A DNA stretch of 64,000 nucleotides from Leucoraja ocellata (Eukaryota). Where the stretch lies: the NCBI GenBank assembly GCA_036785375.1, contig JAWMAR010000075.1, forward strand, positions 7,006,001-7,070,000, read 5' to 3'. Below, in pieces: positions 13,287-25,904 of the stretch. A program made the position numbers and the translations under genes. Numbering within the stretch: position 1 is the first letter of the stretch; each line of letters opens with the position of its first letter. The notes beneath the pieces are model-generated. The model made no database searches. It saw only the letters and a program-made list of their open reading frames with translations, and was not told where the DNA came from.

Positions 13287-15452
13287 CAATACAATAGACA
13301 ATATGTGCAAGAGTAGGCCATTCAGCCCTTCAAGCCAGCACTGCCATTCAATGCGATCATGGCTGATCATCCACAATCAGTACCCCGTTCCTGCCTTCTC
13401 CCCTTATCCCTTGAATCCGCTATCTTTAAGAGCTCTATCTAACTCACTCTTGAAAGCATCCAGAGAACCGAGTATTTCCCCATCTCCGTTCTAAATGGCC
13501 TACCACTTATTCTTAAACTGCGGCCCCTGGTTCTGGACTCCCCCAACATCGGGAGCATGTTTCCTGCCTCTAGCGTATGCAAACATTTAATCTTATATGT
13601 TTCAATAAGATACCCTCTCATCCTTCTAAATTCCACAGTATATAAGCCCAACCGCTCCATTCTATCAACATTTGACAGTCCCGCCATCCTGGGAATTAAC
13701 CTTGTAAACCTATGCTGCACTCCCTCAATAGCAAGAATGTCCTTCCTCAAATTTGGAGACCAAAACTGCACACAATACTCCAGGTGTTGTCTCACCAGGG
13801 CTCTGTACAACTGCAGGAGGACCTCTGCTCCCATACACAAATCCTCTTGTTATGAAGGCCAACATGCCATTCGCTTTCTTCACTGCCTGTTGTACCTGCA
13901 TGCTTACTTTCAGTGACTGATGAACAAGGACCCTCAGATCCCGTTGTACTTCTCCTTTTCCCAATTTGACACCATTTAGATAATAATCTGCCATCCTGTT
14001 TTTTGCCACCAAAGTGGATAACCTCGCATTTATCATTAAACTGCATTTGCTAGGCATCTGCCCACTCACCCAATCTGTCCAAGTCACCCTGCATCCTCTT
14101 TGCATCCTCCTCACAGTTCACACTGCCACCCAGATTTGTGTCATCTGCAAATTGCTAGTTACTTTTAATCCCTTCATCTAAATCATTAATATATACCGTA
14201 TTTCCTGGCAATGAAGACGCTATTTTTTTTTTTACCCTTATTTCGTGCCTTACCCACAAAAAGTCTTGGAGGCAGAAGGTTAGGTTGTTAGCCAAGAAAG
14301 ATAGACTTGGCTATCCCTTAGTCTATCCCTCATTGCTGGCAGCTGATGGGAAGTAGCTGTAAAAGTACAGCGTCGCTGGGGTGGGGGGGAAAAGAGTTCC
14401 TTTCACAGCGTATGGGGAGTCTGGCTCGGGTCAGCACGGCCTGGGCTGCACAAATTGGCTGGGCCATCAGGGGAAAGGTTGCGAGGAGGGCATGAGCATT
14501 GAGATGGTGGGGGTAGGGGATCATGCCAGCAACTCACTCACTCACTCGCCACTGCCGCGGCACTCCGTGCGCGGAGCCACCGCATTGTGGCTGGGGAGGG
14601 AAGTAGCTCTGGTGGCTGTGAGCGGCTGCTGGGACTGGACAGTGGAACCAGCCGCCACCTCAGCGCCTTCTGCCCGCCCGCCAGCCACGGTGTCCTTCGG
14701 CACAGGCGCAACCGGTGGAGGTGGTGGTTGGCGGGTAGCTACTGGGCAGAAGGCTGGCTGCTCCGTCCTGGTGTGTGTGTGTGCCTCTCTCTCTCTTTCT
14801 CTCTCTTTTTTCTTTTTTTTCCCCCGGGGCAGGCGATCTGGGCGCTACAACCAGTCCCGGGGCACGCAGGCGATGTTGCCGACCCCTGGACTAAACCAAA
14901 CCCTTGATCCTGTCCTGCCATCCTTTTCTCAAAATTTAGCAACTTAAATTGGGGGTGCGTCTTCGACGTAGGTGCGTCTTCATTGATGGGAAATACGGTA
15001 TTGTAAATAGCTGCGTTTCCAGCACTGAGCTTTGCGGTACCCCACTAGTCACTGTCTGCCATTCTGAAAAGGACCCGTTATTCCCTACTCTAGTTACATC
15101 CTCAAAAAATTCCAGAAGATTAGTCGAGCATGATTGACTAATTCGTAAATCCATGCTGACTCAGACCGATCCTGCTACTGCTATCCAAATTTGCTGCTAT
15201 TTCATCTTTTATAATTGGCTCCAGCATCTTCCCACCACTGATGGTAGGCTAACTGGTCTATAATTCCCCGTTTTCTCTCTCCCGCCTCTCTCAGGCGGTG
15301 TTGGCATCGAATGGCCAAATGGCCTACTCCTGCACCCATTGTCTATTGCCTTTCTTAAAAAGTGGGATAACATTAGCTACCCTCCAATCCACAGGAACTG
15401 ATCCTGAATCTACAGAACATTGGATAAAGATCACCAATGCGTCCACGATTTC
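13287..15452 (-). mobile_element. CR1/HER1-type LINE with RT remnant, interrupted by a MITE at 14196-14998
   Basis: LLQLYRALVRxHLEYCVQFWSP, MQFNxxKCEVIHFG and SGVPQxSVL motifs. The sequence resumes exactly after the TA-flanked insertion. Confidence 0.92.
14196..14998. mobile_element. Tc2/pogo-like non-autonomous DNA transposon
   Basis: TIRs CCGTATTTCCTGGCAATGAAGACGC / GCGTCTTCATTGATGGGAAATACGG with TA TSD. Confidence 0.88.
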
Positions 15453-16943
15453 AAGGAAGGACATAAATAAGCAGTATATATGGACAATATTAGCAATCAT
15501 ATTCTGTTGACCATGATTGACCTCTGCAAGTTTTAATTAAATATGTATTGAAGTAAACTTTACAAATGTCCTTGGGATACAGTGAACTGAGAAATAAGTT
15601 GATACAGTGTATATAGCATTCTGATCTCCATGGCTATTCCTGCAGGGATATTTTTATACAGTGCGTGTGTGTGTATGGTCAGAGGGGAGAGATTTCCAGG
15701 TGAAGAGCTCCTTACTAATACACCACTAGAATGAAGGCCGCTGCCAAAAAGGGACGTTTCCCATCCATTCTTGACCAAATCTTCGCATTCAAATGAAATG
15801 GGTTCCAAAGTGTGCATTTGGTGACGGGCCTTTCGCTGTGAGAAAAGCTCTCACATCCCAGCAAGTCAGAGGCGATAAATTCCAACAAGTGTATTTCCCT
15901 ACATCTGCTTATTCAGGGTTTATTTTCTTGAAAATATTATAAATTTTGGCTATTTCTTAAGACAGTTATAGGGGAGGTAAATGTAACTTTGCATTGTCTG
16001 TAGCATGATATTTAATCAAATCTCTAACAATGAGCCAGCTATGACCAAGACTAGCTCCATTCATCATATTCCCTGTAATGCTCCTCTTGTTCGGCCCCCA
16101 CCTCTGCATTTTCAGGAGAGCCGTGGAAATAAAATATGAAACAGGACCGCAGCAGAAGGCAGTTAATGCATTGTTGATTAACTTACAAAAAGACAACTGC
16201 ATACATGTTGGATTACAAATTAGATTGAAGATCACAGGTATATGTATGATTAAAGATAATCAAAGATGGCATGGAACATAATAGCTTCTGCCCTGCTGTA
16301 GTTATGGTAATATCATCCGTGATAAACAATCAGTTAGCAAGGAACATGGAAGGTTTAGGAACTGGTAGTTTACCAGAAATATATTTAATTACTCTTGAGG
16401 CTTGATGAAAATGTTTTTACAATCTACCAAAAGGCATTTCTTCCCATTATTTATCACAAATGTCATAAATGCAACATATGCTGGCTTGGCATGCTAACTT
16501 TTTGCTTTCATTGATATTTTCCTTTTAGTTCAGCATCATCATCCCTCACTTTTCATTATTATTCAAATATGACCCTTGTTATCCGTGGCCATTGTTTCCC
16601 TGTTTCTGTCCTGGATTCACGTCAATTATTTGTCTCTCTTAATTTTCAAGAGGGAATGAGTATTTTATTGTCATATGTACTGACAACAGAACAATTACAT
16701 TCTTACTTGCTGCAGCCTGAAGGCGCATAAACACAATGCACACAGATAATATCTAATATTTTAAATACAAATTCAATAAAATAACAGCCATAATACTAGT
16801 GCAACCAAAGACAATCCCTCGTAGTCGCAGAAGGTGGGAATTATTCATTCCAGCTAGCTGTTAGCTTTCCAGTCTCAAAGTGTCAGTAATTGACAAGGAA
16901 CTCATTTAAAGGGATTGTGGGAAATTCTGGGCAAAAGGACTAA

Positions 16944-17143
16944 AGGGCCTGTCCCACTTGGGCGTCATTTGTGCGCCATTACGCGACATAATTTACGCGT
17001 CACGTCACACGATGCGCTCATGGTGCGTGGTGATGTAGGCAGTGATGCGCGGTCGCGCGCGGCGCCGCAGGATTTTGGAATTCACAAAATCTTCGCTCGC
17101 CACTTGCGTGACGCGCAAATGACGCCCAAGTGGGACAGGCCCT
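16944..17143. mobile_element. PIF/Harbinger-type MITE
   Basis: Perfect 28 bp TIR AGGGCCTGTCCCACTTGGGCGTCATTTG; TAA TSD on both sides. Confidence 0.92.
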
Positions 17144-17151
17144 TAAGAGAT

Positions 17152-17518
17152 GGCACAATGGCATAGTGGTAAAGCTGCTGCTTTACAGCGTCAGAGACCC
17201 AGGTTCAATCCTGATTATGGGTGCTGTTTGTACGGAGTTTGTACATTCTTATGTTCATAAGTTCTAGGAGCAGTATTAGCCGGTCCGGCCCATCATGCCC
17301 ACTTCGCTATTCTCCCAGTGACATGTGGATCTTCTCTGGGTGCTCTGGTTTCCTCTCACACTCCAAAGACATACCGGTCTGTAGGTTAATTGGCTTGGGT
17401 AATATTGTAAGTTGTCCCTAATGTATAGAATGGTGTTCGTGTATGGGGTGATCACTGGTAGGCATGTACTTGGTGGGCCGAAGGGCCTGTTTCTGCATTG
17501 TACCTGTAAAGCGTAAAG
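17152..17518 (+). mobile_element. tRNA-derived HE1-like (V-)SINE
   Basis: A box TGGCATAGTGG, B box GGTTCAATCC, core GTAGGTTAATTGG, tail GTGGGCCGAAGGGCCTGTTTC. Confidence 0.85.
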
Positions 17519-18209
17519 ATTGTTTCACCAGAGCTCTTATGCAGTAAAAATTAACCTCATATTCCTTCCTGGCTAGGAATTTCTGTATAATTCCAACATT
17601 TTTTCACCGCAATATTTCTTATCTATTATTGTCTGATGGTCCATTATGACCGTTGCACAGGAACTGTATTTTGCTTATCCAAAGTTTCAGATACATAGAA
17701 AATCCACAACCTTTCTGAACTGTATTAATAGTAAGATTAATTCTGTGTCTTGGGTTGAGGACAGTTTTTAACCATGCTCTTGTAGCCTGTGCTCCATTTC
17801 ATGGTGAATCCTTTCACTAAGCATACAATAAGTTAGTCCTTCCACCCAAATATCCATAAGACAAATTCAAGGTGCGATCCTAGAAATGTTGACCACCTCT
17901 TTTACCTCTTGATCCACCTGTCATTGAAGCCAGATGTCAATGATGGATTTTCTCACAGTTTTAAGTTCACCAGCACAGCTTTTCGTCTATTGAGAAAAAG
18001 TCACTTGAAAATCAACACAAAATTCTTGGTCTACTAGACTTGTGTGATCCTTGCCCTTTTACATGCATCTGAGACTTGTTTTATCTTCCATAGGCATCGT
18101 AAGGCACCACCAATTCTATTTTTGCAAAATCCTCTGAATTCACTGGATAAGTGAACAGCTTTAACAATTACTCAAGCCATTATTTGAAGCGATGAAGCCC
18201 TAATTACAC

Positions 18210-18590
18210 ACTGTCAGGTCATTTAGACGGCACATCATTCATTTGCCCGAAACCGGAGTTCCAAAGCAGATACTAAACTCTAAACAATGTTTGGGAAGAG
18301 ATCAACAAGAGAACAGATGATAAATTTCCAGTATGTTCTCAAAGACTCTTTGAGAAAATGTAATGTGCCCACTGCCTCCAGGGAATTCCTACTCCACAGC
18401 CACACAAAGTGGAGAACATACTTGGTGTGGTATTGCGCCCTTACCATCTTATAAACCACCCACCCAGTTCCTCAGGTATCCCATGCCTTATCTGTGGAGG
18501 AAACTGCAGTTCCCACATTTATGGCTACATCAATCACCACATAATTGACAAAATCGAACTGGAAGTTAGGCATTTTTGATTCCAAGGAAC
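18210..18590 (+). mobile_element. Decayed RTE-clade LINE 3' fragment
   Basis: Remnants resembling GHII..PETxxPKQIL, LKDSLRKCN and a C-terminal CxxC...H motif, typical of RTE ORF ends. Confidence 0.55.
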
Positions 18591-18852
18591 TGCCTGCCAA
18601 GTAGACTAGGCAGAAAGCAAAGAAGGAAGAATTAATGGGCATTTTCACATTGATAGGTTATGTTTATGGAGTTACTACAGGGATTGTTGCTGGGATCCAT
18701 ATGTGCACAATCTATAAAAAATGATTTGCATGAAGAGGTTATGCGTAATATATCCAAGTCTGCTGAAGATACAAAAATAGCTGGCAGTGTGGGAGGTGTA
18801 CGGAGAGATCACAGTAGGATCTAGACAGGCTGAGCAAGGACATGGAAGATGG

Positions 18853-19460
18853 AAGACCAAGAAGACCAAGGAGCTCATTGTAGACTTCAGGAAGTCCAGG
18901 GGCGGCACGCACACCCCCATCCACATTAATGGGACGGAGGTGGAACATGTTTCTGGCTTCAGGTTCCTGGGTGTTAACATCTCCGATGACCTCTCTTGGA
19001 CCCACAATACCTCAACTCTGATCAAGAAGGCTCACCAGCATCTCTTGTTCCTGAGGAGACTGAAGAAGGTCCATCTGTCTCCTCAGATCCTGGTGAACTT
19101 CTACCGCTGCACCATCGAGAGCATCCTTACCAACTGTATCATAGTATGGTATGGCAACTGCTCTGTCTCCGACCGGAAGGCTTTGCAGAGGGTGGTGAAA
19201 ATTGCCCAACGCATCACCGGTTCCTCGCTCCCCTCCATTGAGTCTGTCCAAAGCAAGCGTTGTCTGCGGAGGGCGCTCAGCATCGCCAAGTACTGCTCTC
19301 ACCCCAACCATGGACTGTTTACCCTCCTACCATCTGGGAGGCGCTACAGGTCTCTCCGTTGCCGGACCAGCAGGTCCAGGAACAGCTTCTTCCCGGCGGC
19401 TGTCACTCTACTCAACAACGTACCTCGGTGACTGCCAATCACCCCCCCCACCACCCCGGA
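18853..19460 (+). mobile_element. Rex1/Babar-type LINE, 5'-truncated, open C-terminal RT frame
   Basis: KTKELIVDFRK..FRFLGVNISDDLSW..LRRLKK..ESILTNCIIVWYG..LLPSGRRYRS..SFFPAAV in ORF 18787-19431. Confidence 0.9.
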
Positions 19461-19662
19461 TATAATGTGGAAATATGTAAGACGATCCACCATTTCTAAA
19501 TATTGAGTCATTAAAAGGTGTTTGTGTTCAGAGGGATCTGTATGCTTTTATATGAATGACTGTGAGTTTGCATGTGGGTACAGCAAATATTTAGGATGGC
19601 AAATGTTATATCAACCACTATTGTAAGTTGATTTGTATGAGTAGAAATGTTTTATTCCAATT

Positions 19663-20317
19663 TCAAGGTTGCAAGGTCAGTTTATTGTCACGTACAAAGT
19701 AAGGTACAGTGAAATTCGAATTACCATACAGCCATGCTAAAGAAAAGCAACAAGACACACAACTACATAAAAGTTAACATAAACATCCACCACAGCGGAT
19801 TCCCCAAGTTTCTCACTGTGATGGAAGGCAATAAAGTCCAATCTACTTCCTGTTTTATTCTCACCTGGTCAGGGCAGTCTAAACATCTGCAGTCGGGGCA
19901 ATCGATGCTCCCGCTGCCGGCGATCGAAGCTACTGTGTCGGGCAGTCAAAGCCCCTGCGTTGGGGCGGTTGAAGTTCCTGCGGCTTGGAGTTCCCAAAGT
20001 CAGTCTCTGACCAGAGACTGCGGGCTCCGTGATGTTAAAGTCCCGCAGACTCCCGCAGTGGCGCTTTCGAAATTGATCTCCAGCAAAAGCCGCTAACTCC
20101 TCGATGTTAAGCCACAGTGCGGACGGAGATACGATACCAAAATAAATTGCATCTCCGTCGAGGTAAGAGATTAGAAAAGGTTTCTCCCAACTCCCCCCCC
20201 CCCTCCCCCGCATAAAACAAGCTAAATAACACTAAAAACATACATTTAACATATACAAACAACAGAAGAAGGAAGGGACATGCAGACTGTTGGCGAGGCA
20301 GCCATTGCTGGCGCCAC
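19663..20317 (-). mobile_element. Non-autonomous retroposon with Rex1-like tail and no tRNA head
   Basis: CCAATT duplicated on both sides; 3' ...GTGACAATAAA plus short repeats; related copies at ~47461-48290 and 63896-64000. Confidence 0.7.
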
Positions 20318-20361
20318 CCAATTGTACAGAAACCTGGTGAAACCACATTAAAAATATGCTG

Positions 20362-20585
20362 GTACACAAAATTGCTGGAGAAACTCAGCGGGTGCAGCAG
20401 CATCTATGGAGCGAAGGAAATAGGCGACGTTTTGGGCCGAAACCCTTCTTCAGACTGATGCGGGGTGGGGGGGGAGAAGGAAGGAAAAGGGGAGGAGGAG
20501 GAGCCCGAGGGCGGGCGGATAGGAGGGTGGGAGGAGACAGCTAGAGGGTTAAGGAAGGGGAGGAGCCAGCAAGGGCTAGCAAAAT
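20362..20585 (-). mobile_element. Penelope-like terminal fragment
   Basis: 15 bp TSD ATTAAAAATATGCTG (20347-20361 and 20586-20600); contains the reverse complement of CTGAAGAAGGG...AAACGTC. Confidence 0.8.
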
Positions 20586-20844
20586 ATTAAAAATATGCTG
20601 CATAGATCTGGTCCAATGACCTAAACAAAGGTGCAAGAAAGAGAGTAAAATGTAATCTGATTTAATGGTGGAACAAGCACAAGTGGCTGACTGTCCTACT
20701 TCTGCTTCTACATCTTCCACTCTAACTCATAGTTTTGTAGAGAAGCCTCAATGTTCTCTTCGATAGATTATTTGGCATGATCACATTGAATAGCGGTGCT
20801 GGCTCGAAGGGCCGAATGGCCTACTCCTGCACCTATTGTCTAAT

Positions 20845-21495
20845 GTCAGAGTGAGGCCCAGCGCAAATTGGAGGAACAGCACCTCATATTTTGCTTGCGT
20901 AGTTTACACCCCAGCGGTATGAACATTGACTTCTTTAACTTCAGATAGCCCTTGCTTTCTCTCTCCATCCCCTTCCTCTTCCCAGTTCTCCCACTAGTCT
21001 TACTGTTTCCGCCTATATTCTATCTTTGTCCCGCCCCCTCCCCTGACATCGGTCTGAAGATGTGTAAAAGTTCACTTAGTGGATAGACAAAGTACAAATA
21101 ATTAAGAACATACAGAGCTTTAATTTTACGTCTGACGGGTGTGGACCTAGAGACCCTGAGGCCCAGCGCAAATTGGCGTCTAAACAGCACCTCATATATC
21201 GCTTGGGCAGCTTGCACCCCAGTGGTATGAACATTGACTTCTCTAACTTCAAGTAACCTTTGCTTTTCCTCTCTCTCCATTCCCTTCCCCTTCCTAGTTA
21301 TACCACCAGTCTTACTGTCTCCGACTACATTCTATCTTTGTCCCGCCCACTTCCTTGACATCAGTCTGAGGAAGGGTCTCAACCCGAAACGTCACCCATT
21401 TCTTCTCTTCAGAGATGCTGCCTGTCCCGCAGAGTTACTCCAGCATTTTGTGTCTACCTTCTATTTGAACCAGCATCTGCAATTCTTTCTTACAC
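20845..21495 (+). mobile_element. Penelope-like 3' fragments, partial tandem
   Basis: Two copies of the KLEEQHLIF..GMNIDF end plus a pseudo-LTR tail with CTGAGGA-A-GGGTCTCAACCC-GAAACGTC. Confidence 0.85.
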
Positions 21496-22294
21496 TTAAC
21501 CAACTGTTACTTCCTGTTGCATAATAACTGAATTACAGATGATACTACTGATTAAAAATGAATCAAAGATCTGAACAGGAATTGTATTCCATTCTTAATT
21601 TCCCGGGAAAATGACCCACGGTCTTTTTCTGTACCGGTATATCTGGGGACTATTGTTTATCCCCAGACACTTATAAAGAATAATATAACTTTTTAAATGA
21701 AAAGTGTTCCGTTAGGAAGCTTGAGGGACTGAAATCTTTAGGTTTTCTGATCCAGCTTAAAAACTGGTAAAATAATCACAGCTTGAGAATAATTAAAAAT
21801 AGGATGATTTCATCTATTTCCAGACAAATTCATTAGGTAGAATTTATCCTGCGTTTCTAAAGTTATGAGTGACATGTTTGGCTAAGTAGAGGAGAGGTGT
21901 TAATATATTTATTTGTGTCTGCCGATCTGCAATAATAATCCATTGCTCACTAGAAATACCTTGAGGGTTGTGTCCAATATACTTAGCCATATCATACCCT
22001 TTACCTCTGCAGTGTTTCAGACTGTAGCCATGGGGTCTTGGGTTGTGGGAGAGAGAGGTTCAGAACTTCATTTGGGGGTGTAGGAAATTTTGAATAACAG
22101 TTTGGGTTAGATGTTTAGGCAGCGGAGATTAGTTTAACTTGGCATCATGTTGGGCATGGATATTGTGGGCCGAAGGGCCTGTTCCTGTGCTGTACTGTTC
22201 TATGTTCTATTTTGGATCAGGGTATATTAGCGGATTAGTTGCAATTACCTTTAACAATAAGTTTTGATTTGAGTCATAGGTGTTAACATGACAG

Positions 22295-24007
22295 CGGGCA
22301 TGTGCCGTGAGTAATTACTCAAGGTAGGCAGTCAGCCGGCAGATTGTTCTCGCCGTAAAAAATAAAAATAAGTAACAATTCAATTTTCCCAAGGCTTCTA
22401 AATCTCCTTCATTTTTTAATTACTGAATGGGTGGGGGACGGAGGATGAAGGCAGGTGGAGAGATGGTGGGGGAAAAGGGAGCACACCGGGACGTTGAATC
22501 AGTTGTCATCTTATTAAATGACAATACTAAATGGAGGAAAATGGAGGAGGACTGGCCAAATTGTGTGCCTTCCACCATAGTGATGAACGCTGTGGTGGAT
22601 GTTTATGTTAAATTTTTATTGTGCTTTTGTGTGTGTTCTTTATAATTGTACCGCTGCTGGCATATTCATTTCACTTGCACTTTATGTGCAATGTGACAAA
22701 TAAACCGTATTGTATTGTATTGTATTGTACTAATTCAAGGGTCAAATTGAAGGGAGAGTTCCTTTCACAGCGTGTGGGAAGTCTGTGCCAGGGGTTAAAG
22801 ATGCAGGGAGGGCAGGAGTATTGAAAAGGAGAAGGTCGGAGATCATGTCAGACTCACTCACCGCTGCCGCAGCGCTCCGGGCACAGACAGCAGAACTGGC
22901 CACCACTTCCGGGGAAGGAAGCAGCTCGGGTGACTGCGAGCGGCAGCCGGGACCCGACAGCAGAACCGGCTGCCACTTCACCGCCTTCTGCCGGCCTGGT
23001 CTCCTCTGGCAGTGCTCTCCATCTGAACACCTCTCACCTGCCGCTGGCCGGCTTCGCTCATATGTAACCCACTTGCGACGCTCCGGGCACGGAGCCACTG
23101 CATTGTGGCCGGGGAGTGAATTAGCTCTGGTGGCTGCGAGTGGCCGCCAGTACCAGACAACCCCTTCGCTCATATCAGCCGCTTCCCGCAAATCCTTAAA
23201 TTCCCACAGCCGAGTAACCTCAATTGGTCCCTTGAGTGCGCTGTCGGAATTTAAGGATTTGCGGGAAGCGGCTGATATGAGCGAAGCCAGCGAGTGGCAG
23301 GAGAGAGGTTTTCAGACGGAGAGCACCGCCACAGGTGAGCAGGGACCGGCAGAAGGGACTGTCAGTCCCGGCGGCCACTCGCTGCCACCCGAGCTAATTC
23401 ACTCCTCGGCCACAATGTGGTGGCCCCGATCCCGGAGCATCGCAAGTGGGCTACTGGCCCCGATCCCCTCCTTCACAACGCTCCTGCCCTCCCCGCAACT
23501 TTACCCCGGGCCAGACTCCCCAAACACTGTGAAAGGAGCTCCCCCCACCCACCCCAGGAAATACAGTATTTAAAAACATAAAGCACCAAGAAATGTACTT
23601 ACCACGTTATTGGTACATGAACTCTATTCTTCACTCTTTGATTCCTAAGATACTCCTAAAATAATGGCAATCCATATTTGAAAAACCCGCCAAGAAACTC
23701 TCGCTGAGCATGCATAGTTGGTTGCTGCGCCTGCGCAATACAGCAAAGGCAGAATTTCAGCTGCCTTCAGCTCCGCTTGAAATTGTCGGCTTGAAGCAGC
23801 GCTGACGGCACGTGGGCTGCACAGAGCTTCCCGTGTTACAGGTACTGCGGTTGATAGGCACGGAGAATTATGCCTACCTAAGAGATCGATCTCTTCGATA
23901 GGCATAATTCTCCCATGCCTTTACTATTTATATTTAATAATTGCCATTTCATAATTTTAGTCAGGGTAGGCGGTGCCTACTTTGCCTACCCTGATGGCAC
24001 GTGCCTG
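22295..24007. mobile_element. Non-autonomous hAT transposon
   Basis: 8 bp TSD CATGACAG (22287-22294 and 24008-24015); imperfect 14 bp TIR CGGGCATGTGCCGT / ATGGCACGTGCCTG; subterminal GGTAGGC repeats. Confidence 0.88.
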
Positions 24008-24469
24008 CATGACAGGTTCTTATAGTGGAAGGTGCAAAGGAAGTCCAAAATAAGTTTTATGAGGAGTTGACTAGTTACAAGGAATAATTTAATAACTTAA
24101 AAAGGCCTCGCCTACATTGACCTGAAATGTCATCAACCCAAACATTAACTTTGATTCTCTCTTCATAGACTCTGAATGACCTGCTTTCTGTGTCTGCTTT
24201 TTGAGTCTTTTCTGTTTTTATTTCAGATTTTTGTGTTGTGTTGATTTTTTTTTTAATTTTACAATAATCTGCAAGGGAATTCAAGTATCAAACTCCATCA
24301 CGGCTCTTCTTTAACATGCAGAAAGAAGCAAGCTTCGCCGATATTGTAACAAACTGCTTCTGCATGAGTGGCCTTTCATGTTCCAGTCACAAGCTACATG
24401 TGTGAGAAAGAACTTTAAAGTGAGTGACATTCAAATGTATGCTGATCCAGAATAGATGCCTCTGATAGT

Positions 24470-24688
24470 CACAAAAAGCTGGAGTAACTCTGGGATAGGC
24501 AGAATCCTTGGAGAGAAGGAATGGGTGACGTTTTAGGTCGAGACCCTTCTTCTTCAGATTGAAGAAGGGTCTTGACCCAAAACGTCACCCATTCCTACTC
24601 TCCAGAGATGCTGCCTGTACCGCTGAATTACTCCAGCTTTTTGTGTCTATCTTCGGTTTAACCAGCATCTGCAGTTCTTTCCTACACA
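24470..24688. mobile_element. Penelope-like inverted terminal-repeat pair
   Basis: Two ~90 bp arms in inverted orientation meeting at CTTCAGA/TGAAGAAGGG. Confidence 0.8.
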
Positions 24689-25904
24689 AGAACTGGTGGT
24701 ACTTGATTACATTTAGAAATAAGTTTTTAATTAATTAAATTAATTTCTTCAAATAATGGAAAATACATTTCACTATGCAAAAGAATTTTGAAAACCTTAG
24801 ATCTTTTGGCATCATTTTTCAACCGTCAAAATAACCAAATTATCAAAGAAATTGAATGCAATTCTAACTCCGCAATCCGCAAATAAATAAATGAATATGC
24901 TAAACAAATCCTTCCTGATACATATTTAAAAATTCCCATTAATAAAATAACGCTAATGTTCTTCTGCCTATGGGGCTATACAGCTGAATATGGGTGAAGG
25001 TTGAATTTTTGCTAAGCCAAAATCCCTAACCAAATGTACCCAGGAATTGTGATCAGCTTTTTGGTCCTTGGCTCACTTTTTTTTTCATGCGCTTGGGAGG
25101 CCAGCAATGTGTGACAGAATTGGGACAGGAACATTATTTCCTCTGTCAGGTTGTGCTGTCCATAGCAGATTAAAATTCATAAAGCCACCCAAGCAGTTAG
25201 TGGCATTTCTGGTGTGAGGTAAAGAGTACATTGGGCTATACATATGATCTATTACATTCACAAGGGGGTTGTTATTTAAACGTTAAAGCCTATCCACAGC
25301 CTTGAACCTCAATAAAATGCTGGCATGATTAGCAATGCAAAATAAACCATGTGATATCAATCTGCAATTACAAAGAGAGGGGAAAGAGATAGGAAAAAGG
25401 GAAATGTGGGATCAGATAAGGGAAGAGGAGGAGTGAGATAAAGCCAGGGGGGGGGGGGGGGGGGATATGGGTGGGAGGGGACAGGTGAGAGAGGAATGAG
25501 GGGGAGTATAAATAGGAAATGTGGGATATTCTCCTACCTAGTCCCCCAGTCATCCTCCTCCTTTCCCCACTGTACATTAACCTCCCAACACTGATTCCCA
25601 TATTTCTCTTTTATCTTCCCCGTCATCTTCCACCAATATGCCTCCATCTGTTTTACATTTCATGCCTCTTCCTTATCTGACACCTTTTTGTCTTTCTTTC
25701 ACCTTTAGCCTTGTCACTTACTTCACGCCTCTATCGATCCTCTCCTCCTCACTTGTATCCACCTATCACATGACAGCTTTTTGTCCCATCTCCACCTCAC
25801 TTTTCCAGCTTCCTCCCACCTACTCTGCTGAAGAAGGGTCCCAACCAAAAACAATGTCTGTCCATTTCCCTCTAGAGATTTAATCCAAGTGTGGTGGGAG
25901 AGTG

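Larger units (their letters stand above)
18600..20720 (+). mobile_element. Old CR1 LINE split by three younger insertions
   Basis: SKSAEDTK (FADDTK-like), WxMxYNVxxC and LYRNLVKPHL remnants join across the inserts. Confidence 0.65.

Noticed and set aside
22785-23573. 262 aa ORF as a gene or hAT transposase
   Set aside because: No transposase motifs; a GC-rich foldback region is expected to lack stops.
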